64,000 nucleotides of DNA from assembly GCA_022793655.1 (NCBI GenBank), contig JAAWDG010000011.1, forward strand, positions 37,729-101,728. Direction: 5' to 3'. The notes beneath the pieces are model-generated. The model ran no database searches, was not told where the DNA came from, and saw only the letters and a list, made by a program, of their open reading frames with translations. A program made the translations under genes and the position numbers. Of this stretch, positions 56,779 through 64,000 are shown piece by piece; within the stretch, counting starts at the first letter, position 1, and each line of letters opens with the position of its first letter. The stretch comes from Clostridiales bacterium. GTDB lineage: Bacteria > Bacillota > Clostridia > Oscillospirales > CAG-272.

Positions 56779-57819
56779 ATGCAAAACAGGGTCAATTTAC
56801 TTGATTTAAGTTTATCAGAAATAACCAGTGTTTTTGAAGCGGCTGGTATTCCTAAATACCGAGCTGGTCAAGTATATCAGTGGCTGATGAAAGGCAAAGG
56901 ATATGAGCAAATGGGCAATTTGCCCAAAACACTGCGCGAACAGCTGCAAGAGATGTTTCCGCTGTCATTTCCTGTGATTGCTAAAAAGCTTGTTTCTAAG
57001 TTAGACAGCACGGTAAAATATTTATTTAGGCTGCATGACGGGCAGTGTATTGAAAGTGTTGTTATGCAGTATAAACACGGATACTCTATTTGCGTTTCAA
57101 GTCAGGCTGGTTGCCGCATGGGTTGTGGGTTTTGCGCGTCCACACTGCGTGGCTTGGTCAGAAATTTGACGCCCGGTGAAATCTTATCACAGATCATTGT
57201 GGCGCAGGCTGATCTTGGTATCCGTATTTCCAATGTGGTGATGATGGGCATTGGTGAACCGTTTGATAATTTTGAAAATGTAGTTCGTTTTTTGCAGCTT
57301 GTCAATGCAGAAGAAGGGTTGCAAATTGGTTATCGCCATATTTCGCTTTCTACTTGCGGTGTGGTGGAGGGGATTGAGCGTTTGTCCGCTTACAATTTTC
57401 CGATTACGCTGTCCATATCCCTACATTTTACTGACAATGAGCAAAGAAGTAAAATCATGCCGATCAATCGCAAATGGAATATTGAGACATTGCTTACAGC
57501 CTGTTCCGCTTATTTTGCCAAAACAGGCCGCCGTATTTCATTTGAATATACATTAATTAAGGGAATAAACGATACGCCGGGCGAGGCAGAGAAACTCGCA
57601 AAGTTATTAAAAAAACATATGGGGCGGGATGTTCCGTTTCACATCAATCTGATTCCGGTGAATGAAGTTACCGAAAGCGGAATGAAAAAAGCAGACAAAA
57701 GCAGTGTAGAGCGCTTTTGTCAGGTGCTGACGCGCTTTGGCTGCAATGCAACGGTGCGAAGAACTTTGGGCGCTGATGTGAATGCCTCCTGCGGCCAGTT
57801 AAGACTCAACGAAGGGTGA
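56779..57819 (+). CDS. rlmN: 23S rRNA/tRNA m2A methyltransferase RlmN
   Basis: CVSSQAGCRMGCGFC, MGIGEP, ASCGQL. Confidence 0.96.
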   Translation: MQNRVNLLDLSLSEITSVFEAAGIPKYRAGQVYQWLMKGKGYEQMGNLPKTLREQLQEMFPLSFPVIAKKLVSKLDSTVKYLFRLHDGQCIESVVMQYKHGYSICVSSQAGCRMGCGFCASTLRGLVRNLTPGEILSQIIVAQADLGIRISNVVMMGIGEPFDNFENVVRFLQLVNAEEGLQIGYRHISLSTCGVVEGIERLSAYNFPITLSISLHFTDNEQRSKIMPINRKWNIETLLTACSAYFAKTGRRISFEYTLIKGINDTPGEAEKLAKLLKKHMGRDVPFHINLIPVNEVTESGMKKADKSSVERFCQVLTRFGCNATVRRTLGADVNASCGQLRLNEG

Positions 57820-58628
57820 CTTGTATGTATTTTAGTGGAAAAACAAATGTGGGAATGAAACGACAAGTGAATCAAGATCGTTTTGCATGGACGCGTATTG
57901 GTACCAATGCATTTCTTTTCGTTGTTTGTGATGGCATGGGCGGTGCCAACGGCGGCCATGTCGCCAGTTCTTTGGCGTGCAAAACATTTACAGAGAATGT
58001 GAAAGCAGAACTGGAAAAAGATATGGGCGAGGATACAAAGTGTATTCTTACACCTGAGCGGGCGGAAGTTTTGCTCGTCAAAAGCGTACAATTAGCCAAT
58101 CAGATTGTTTATAGAGAGTCTTTTAAAGACAGCGAGCTTGCCGGTATGGGCACCACGCTTGTTGGTGCGCTTGTGGTAGATGATACGGCGTATGTTGTTA
58201 ACGTGGGGGATAGCAGAGGCTATTTGATTTTTGGCGAAATTATTGACCGTATTACGCATGACCATTCATATGTACAGTTTTTGGTGGATATAGGACAGCT
58301 TTCAGAAGAGGAAGCACGTTCGAATGTGAATAAAAATATTATTATGAAAGCGATTGGCATTAACGAGGCGGTTGAGCCGGATACGTTTCGTGTGGAATTT
58401 GGCGCCCGTGCCTTTTTGCTGCTCTGTTCAGATGGCCTTACGAACTTTGTGGAAGAAGAGGTTATAAAGCAAACCGTATTGTCATTTGATTATGAAAAGA
58501 AAATCAGCCTTCAGGAAGATGTCGAGAGGGTATGCGATCAGTTGATTGCGCTTGCGAATGAAAATGGCGGGGCAGATAATATAACAGTAGCGCTCTATTT
58601 GCATGAAAACACAGAGAAGCTTTCTTAG
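57816..58628 (+). CDS. stp: PP2C-type Ser/Thr phosphatase (Stp1/PrpC)
   Basis: NQD, VCDGMGG, VGDSR, LCSDGL, GGADNIT. Confidence 0.92.
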   Translation: MTCMYFSGKTNVGMKRQVNQDRFAWTRIGTNAFLFVVCDGMGGANGGHVASSLACKTFTENVKAELEKDMGEDTKCILTPERAEVLLVKSVQLANQIVYRESFKDSELAGMGTTLVGALVVDDTAYVVNVGDSRGYLIFGEIIDRITHDHSYVQFLVDIGQLSEEEARSNVNKNIIMKAIGINEAVEPDTFRVEFGARAFLLLCSDGLTNFVEEEVIKQTVLSFDYEKKISLQEDVERVCDQLIALANENGGADNITVALYLHENTEKLS

Positions 58629-58787
58629 CTGTGTTTGCTTTTGTTGCGTGGGTTTTCGTTTTTGGGATGTCAACAAAGCCTATTTGGTTTTTTGTGCTAA
58701 ATAGCATAACACATCTTTGCATCTAAGAAAGTAAGAATAGTGATGAATATTAGAAGCCGTTTGGCGATGTATTGGGGATAGATTTTT

Positions 58788-60476
58788 ATGTTTGAAAGTT
58801 ATATTGGGCAGATCTTTGACAGGCGATACCAGATATCAAAAGTGATTGGCGTAGGCGGTATGTCGGTTGTCTTTGAAGCATATGACAATGTGATGAAGCG
58901 CACCGTGGCTGTAAAAATGCTTAAAGATGAAATTGCGCATGACACACAATCGGTAAAACGATTTATCAATGAATCAAAAGCGGTGGCTATGCTTTCGCAT
59001 CCGAATATCGTGAAAATTTACGATGTATCGGTAAAGGAAAACCGCAAATATATTGTTATGGAGCGCGTCGAGGGCATTACCTTAAAAAACTATCTGAATA
59101 AAAAAGGTACGCTTGGTCTACGTGAAATGCTGCAATATACCGAGCAAATTTTGCTGGCCCTCGAGCATGCCCATGCCAAGGGCATTGTGCACAGAGACAT
59201 TAAACCGCAGAATATTCTTTTATTGAAAAACGGCGTGATTAAAGTAGCGGATTTTGGTATTGCTAAGCTGCCGAATGTAGAAACAGTGACGATGACTGAT
59301 AAAGCGATCGGCACGGTATATTATATCAGCCCAGAGCAGGCGAGCGGTAAAAAGGTAGACCGCCGAAGCGATATTTATTCGCTTGGCGTGTTGATGTATG
59401 AGATGTGTACAGGCCAGCTCCCGTTTATGGCAGAATCACCTGTTTCGGTCGCGCTGATGCATGTTAAAGACCAACCCAAAAGGCCATCAGAGCTTTCGCC
59501 GGCGCTGCCTAAAGGATTGGAACAAATTATTTTAGGAGCTATGGAAAAGAAGCCGGACAAGAGAATTCAAAGCGCTTCTCAGATGCTAAGACTGTTAGAG
59601 AGAGTGAAAAAAAATCCGGATTTAGTGTTTAAAACAAAGAAAAATCCAGGTGAAATTACCAAACTGGATATGTCGTTAAAAAAGAGTAACACGGTTATGC
59701 AAAAAAGAGTTCGTCGTTCGATGTTTCCCATTATCGCAGGTGTTACCTGTGCGTTTTTGATTGTCGCGTCGGTCACAATGATTTATATGGTGCAGCAGCT
59801 GTTAACCGAGGATAAGGCAATATCCATTGTGGTGGACAATTTTGTGGGGCAAAAGTATACCGATGAAATGGCCGCTCAGCTGCGAAGCAACCGTTATGAC
59901 GTTACGGTGAATTATATTAATTCGCATGAAGCGGTAGATACCATTATTAAACAATCCATTACACCAAATAGCAAAAAAAAGGTACAAGAAGGGGGCTCGC
60001 TCTCGATCCAATTTGATGTTAGCTTGGGCGAAAAAACAATTCAATTAGAAGATTACAAAGGACAATTAAAAAGCGATGTTATCAATCAGCTGCGTGAACT
60101 TGGCTTAATTGTGCAAGAGGCAGAAATTGTGACGAAAAATGATGATGAAATAAGCAGCGGCCGTGTTATTTCTACCAGTCCATCAGCCGGCAGTGTGGTA
60201 ACCGAGGGAGATAAGATCACGTTAACGGTCAGCCTTGGTAAAGCGCTGACAAGAGTACCGATTGGCTATTATGTAGGCATGGACCTTAAAGAAGCGAAAA
60301 AAGAAATTGAAAAATTAAACCTGAAAAAGGTTGAATATGAAGAAGAATATTCATCGACGGTTGAATCGGGCAAAGTAATGGCTCAGAATTTCAATAACGG
60401 TGCCGAAGTAGTGGCTGAAACAACTACGCTTATTATCACTGTTAGCAAAGGGCCCGACCCCGCAAAGGATGAATGA
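58788..60476 (+). CDS. pknB: PASTA-domain Ser/Thr kinase (PrkC/PknB)
   Basis: IGVGGMS, HRDIKPQN, DFGIA, SPEQ; TM helix; three PASTA-like repeats ending SLG/SKG. Confidence 0.93.
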   Translation: MFESYIGQIFDRRYQISKVIGVGGMSVVFEAYDNVMKRTVAVKMLKDEIAHDTQSVKRFINESKAVAMLSHPNIVKIYDVSVKENRKYIVMERVEGITLKNYLNKKGTLGLREMLQYTEQILLALEHAHAKGIVHRDIKPQNILLLKNGVIKVADFGIAKLPNVETVTMTDKAIGTVYYISPEQASGKKVDRRSDIYSLGVLMYEMCTGQLPFMAESPVSVALMHVKDQPKRPSELSPALPKGLEQIILGAMEKKPDKRIQSASQMLRLLERVKKNPDLVFKTKKNPGEITKLDMSLKKSNTVMQKRVRRSMFPIIAGVTCAFLIVASVTMIYMVQQLLTEDKAISIVVDNFVGQKYTDEMAAQLRSNRYDVTVNYINSHEAVDTIIKQSITPNSKKKVQEGGSLSIQFDVSLGEKTIQLEDYKGQLKSDVINQLRELGLIVQEAEIVTKNDDEISSGRVISTSPSAGSVVTEGDKITLTVSLGKALTRVPIGYYVGMDLKEAKKEIEKLNLKKVEYEEEYSSTVESGKVMAQNFNNGAEVVAETTTLIITVSKGPDPAKDE

Positions 60477-60518
60477 GAACCAATGATACCGCGTGAGGCA
60501 GGAGAAGCAGAGTCATAA

Positions 60519-62324
60519 ATGAATAATCAAGAAAAAATACGGAATTTTTCCATTATCGCACATATTGATCATGGCAAATCAACACTCGCCGATCGACTTT
60601 TAGAGTATACGCAGGCTGTTTCAAAAAGAGAGATGGAAGAACAGCTCTTGGATAATATGGAGTTGGAGCGTGAGCGCGGCATCACGATTAAGGCGAGAGC
60701 GGTGCGGCTTCGCTATACTGCGCCGGATGGCGAAACTTATGTTTTTAATTTAATCGACACACCCGGACACGTTGACTTTAATTATGAAGTTTCGCGCTCG
60801 TTGCAAGCCTGTGAAGGGGTGCTGTTAATTGTAGACGCTACCCAAGGCATCGAAGCGCAGACGTTAGCGAATGCATATCTTGCGTCTGACTGCGGCCTTG
60901 AAATTATTCCTGTCATCAACAAAATTGATTTGCCGTCGGCGGATGTGGCCGGGGTCAAAGACGAGATTGAAGAAATTATTGGGATTCCGGCTGAAGATGC
61001 TCCCGCTGTTTCTGCCAAGACGGGTGAGAATATTGCGGCCATTTTTGATCAAATTATTCAGGCAGTTCCGGCGCCTTCAGGTTCAGTCGATGCACCGTTA
61101 AAGGCGCTGATTTTCGATTCTTATTATGATTCTTATCTTGGCGCTGTGGTGTATATGCGTTTGTTTGAGGGAACCGTGCGCGCAGGCGACAAAGTCGTTA
61201 TGATGAGCACTGGTCAGACCTTTGAGGTGGCTGAGGTGGGTTATATGGGCGCTTTTGGTCTTGAAAGAGCCGAGGCGCTTACCGCTGGCGAGGTGGGCTA
61301 TTTGACAGCCAGCATTAAAAATGTTTCGGATACGCGTGTTGGCGATACGGTTACTTTGGCCGACCGACCGACCGATACGCCGCTGCCCGGCTTTAAAAAA
61401 GCGCTTCCTATGGTTTTTTCAGGTATTTATCCAGTGGATGGTGCACGTTATACCGATTTGCGGGATGCTCTTGAAAAACTGCAGTTAAACGATGCGGCGC
61501 TGACGTTTGAGGCCGAGACCTCGGCCGCTCTTGGCTTTGGCTTTCGATGCGGCTTTTTGGGCCTTTTGCATATGGAGATTATTGAAGAACGCATTGAACG
61601 GGAGTTTAATTTAGATTTGATTACTACCGCTCCCAGCGTGGCCTATAAAATTGAAAAGACGGATGGCAGTATGATTTTGGTGGACAATCCTTCTCATTAT
61701 CCGTCGCCAGATGAAATCAGTGCGTCTTATGAGCCTATGGTGAAAGCGTCTATTATTTCGCCATCTGAATATGTGGGCAGCATTATGGATTTGTGTCAGG
61801 AACGGCGGGGCGTATTCATTGATATGAAATATATTGACACGACACGTGCCGAACTTCTTTATCACTTGCCATTAAACGAGATTGTTTACGACTTTTTTGA
61901 TGCGCTAAAGAGCCGCAGCAAGGGCTATGCCTCTTTTGACTATGAGCTTTTTGATTATGTAAAAAGCGATTTAGTGAAATTGGATGTGCTGCTAAAGGGA
62001 GACGTAGTGGATGCGCTATCCTTCATTGTGCATCGAGATAAAGCCTATGCAAGAGGACGTAAAATCACCGAAAAACTCAAAGAAAATATTGCAAGGCAGT
62101 TGTTTGAAATACCGATTCAGGCAGCGATTGGCGGTAAAGTTATCGCCCGCGAAACGGTAAAAGCGCTGCGCAAAGATGTGTTAGCGAAATGCTATGGCGG
62201 TGATATTACCCGTAAAAAGAAGCTGCTTGAAAAACAAAAAGAAGGCAAAAAGAAAATGCGTCAGTTAGGTTCTGTGCAGGTTACGCCAGAAGCTTTTATG
62301 GCGGTATTAAAGCTGGATGAATAA
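60519..62324 (+). CDS. lepA: elongation factor 4
   Basis: [34 protein letters not shown]. Confidence 0.98.
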   Translation: MNNQEKIRNFSIIAHIDHGKSTLADRLLEYTQAVSKREMEEQLLDNMELERERGITIKARAVRLRYTAPDGETYVFNLIDTPGHVDFNYEVSRSLQACEGVLLIVDATQGIEAQTLANAYLASDCGLEIIPVINKIDLPSADVAGVKDEIEEIIGIPAEDAPAVSAKTGENIAAIFDQIIQAVPAPSGSVDAPLKALIFDSYYDSYLGAVVYMRLFEGTVRAGDKVVMMSTGQTFEVAEVGYMGAFGLERAEALTAGEVGYLTASIKNVSDTRVGDTVTLADRPTDTPLPGFKKALPMVFSGIYPVDGARYTDLRDALEKLQLNDAALTFEAETSAALGFGFRCGFLGLLHMEIIEERIEREFNLDLITTAPSVAYKIEKTDGSMILVDNPSHYPSPDEISASYEPMVKASIISPSEYVGSIMDLCQERRGVFIDMKYIDTTRAELLYHLPLNEIVYDFFDALKSRSKGYASFDYELFDYVKSDLVKLDVLLKGDVVDALSFIVHRDKAYARGRKITEKLKENIARQLFEIPIQAAIGGKVIARETVKALRKDVLAKCYGGDITRKKKLLEKQKEGKKKMRQLGSVQVTPEAFMAVLKLDE

Positions 62325-63390
62325 GTTAGGGCTTTATATACACGTTCCGTTTTGTCTTCAAAAATGCGCTTATTGTGATTTTTATTCGGTTACGGATCAA
62401 AATTTACAGTCTGGTTATGTAGATTCACTGCTTTGCCAGATGGAGCGGGAAAGCAAAAGGTGCGAATCGTATCTTGTTGATACGATTTACATAGGCGGCG
62501 GGACGCCTTCTTTACTGAGAGCGGATGATATAGAACGAATTTTTAAAACAATTCATGCGCAATTTTGCGTCTCGGATCAAGCAGAGGTTACCATTGAGGT
62601 CAATCCCTCCAGTGTTACCCAAGAAAAGGTTGGGGTGTATGCTGCTTGCGGCGTGAACCGGGTAAGCATAGGACTGCAGTCAAGCCATGATGAGGAACTG
62701 GCTATGCTTGGCCGGTTGCATGATCGCTCTTTATTTGAAAAAGCGTATGACTTATTGCGCTATCAATTTCAAAATATCAATATAGATATCATGTATGGCT
62801 TGCCGTACCAAACGCTTACACAGCTTGCAAAAACGCTTGATTATATAGCCGTTCTTCAGCCCGAGCATGTTTCGGCCTATTGTTTGAAGGTGGAAGAGAG
62901 AACGGCTTTGGCAGACTTAGGTTTTGCACAGCCAGATGAGGATATGCAGTTTCGCATGTATGCAAGCGTTGTAGAACAATTGCAAACGTTGGGACTATGG
63001 CAATATGAAATCAGCAATTTTGCGCGTAAAGGTTTGGTCTCCAAACATAATATGAAATATTGGTCAGGCGAGTCGTATCTTGGCTTTGGACCGGGGGCAT
63101 ATTCCTATTTTACCGGCAAACGATATGGTTTGCCAAGAGATTTGAACGTTTATATGCAGCGTCAGTATAAGACCATCGATGAAGAAATCATTACAGAACA
63201 AGAGGCCGCGCAGGAAAAGATCATTTTCGGACTTCGGTTAACCGATGGTGTGTCGGTGAATGTGCTGCCAAAAGACCGATTGCCTTTCTATCTTGAAAAT
63301 GGGTTTGCTGTAATTGAAAACGGACAATTTAAACTAACAACCAAGGGATTTTTTGTCAGCAATTCCATACTTTGTGATTTGATTGACTAA
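62317..63390 (+). CDS. hemW: radical SAM heme chaperone HemW
   Basis: [28 protein letters not shown]; lepA-hemW synteny. Confidence 0.92.
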   Translation: MNKLGLYIHVPFCLQKCAYCDFYSVTDQNLQSGYVDSLLCQMERESKRCESYLVDTIYIGGGTPSLLRADDIERIFKTIHAQFCVSDQAEVTIEVNPSSVTQEKVGVYAACGVNRVSIGLQSSHDEELAMLGRLHDRSLFEKAYDLLRYQFQNINIDIMYGLPYQTLTQLAKTLDYIAVLQPEHVSAYCLKVEERTALADLGFAQPDEDMQFRMYASVVEQLQTLGLWQYEISNFARKGLVSKHNMKYWSGESYLGFGPGAYSYFTGKRYGLPRDLNVYMQRQYKTIDEEIITEQEAAQEKIIFGLRLTDGVSVNVLPKDRLPFYLENGFAVIENGQFKLTTKGFFVSNSILCDLID

Positions 63391-63487
63391 AACTTTCCAA
63401 ACAAGGCAATCATAGCCTTGTAATTACCAAATATTATCCATTGAAACTGGGGGATTGTTTTGGTATGATGTGTTTGGGAGGTTTATC

Positions 63488-64000
63488 ATGAAAAAAATAT
63501 TCATACTTATTTTATCCGTGTGCATGGCGCTTGCTATGTGTGTTCCTATCTTTGCACTGAATGCTGATATGGTGAATATTTCGTATGACGGAAAAATACT
63601 CTATGAAGAAAAGCCTTGGCTTGTTGGCGGCGCGACGTATATTCCGTTCCGAGAATTTTTCTCCAAAATAACAAACAGCGAAATTCGTTGGGATGCCGAA
63701 TCACAAACAGCCGCAGCTGAGGTAAACGGCCTGATTGTCAGTGCCAAGATGAATGATGCTTATATCATTGCGAACGGCAGATACCTTTATACCGGAAATA
63801 AAAATTTAGTTCTTAATGGCACTATGTATGTACCCGTTCGCCCTGTGGCAAAGGCCATTGGTGCGAATGTGGCGTGGAATGGAAGCAAACGATTAGCGTC
63901 TTTGCAGAAGGCGGGCGCTTTTATCGAACCAGGCAGTACGTATTATAATGAAAATGATGTTTACTGGTTAGCCAGAATCATTCATGCCGAAAGTAATGGC
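63488..64000 (+). CDS. secreted protein: copper-amine-oxidase N-terminal (stalk) domain plus start of SleB-type cell wall hydrolase (3' truncated)
   Basis: not in ORF track; own translation MKKIFILILSV..TYIPFR..TMYVPVR..YWLARIIHAES; GGGAGG RBS. Confidence 0.82.
   Translation, partial: MKKIFILILSVCMALAMCVPIFALNADMVNISYDGKILYEEKPWLVGGATYIPFREFFSKITNSEIRWDAESQTAAAEVNGLIVSAKMNDAYIIANGRYLYTGNKNLVLNGTMYVPVRPVAKAIGANVAWNGSKRLASLQKAGAFIEPGSTYYNENDVYWLARIIHAESNG

Overview
Mostly core chromosomal DNA from a spore-forming, moderately AT-rich Clostridia-type firmicute (inferred from yabP/yabQ/divIC, sigG, spore cortex hydrolases and a T-box). It holds about 60 CDS: the rel 3' end, dtd, hemZ, the yab cluster, a nucleoside ABC transporter, sigG, coaX, thrS, a galactoside ABC transporter, an amino-sugar/uronate catabolic operon, queH, pncB/nadE, rlmN-stp-pknB and lepA-hemW. 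There are also tRNA-Ser(GGA), tRNA-Pro(GGG) and a Thr T-box. I saw no transposase, integrase, cas or phage gene. The most striking unexplained signal is a family of at least eight ~112-117 nt intergenic elements, tandem at 6318-6654 and 6961-7213 and single at 8179, 42818-42962 and 49164-49277. They share one fold (AAGAAYAA..TTRTTCTTA hairpin, a three-way junction, then a GGTAGCTGAAACTTTATGATAC-like tail) kept by compensatory changes despite divergent sequence. Other leads: a nagA-nagB-uxaB-uxaA operon that may catabolise an N-acetyl-aminouronate, a duplicated 41-nt hairpin inside the thrS T-box, a 16-nt inverted repeat pair bracketing an AT-rich GNAT gene, and an Rx4H (HEPN-like) membrane-tailed gene behind tRNA-Pro. 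All family calls are by eye; no database searches were run.
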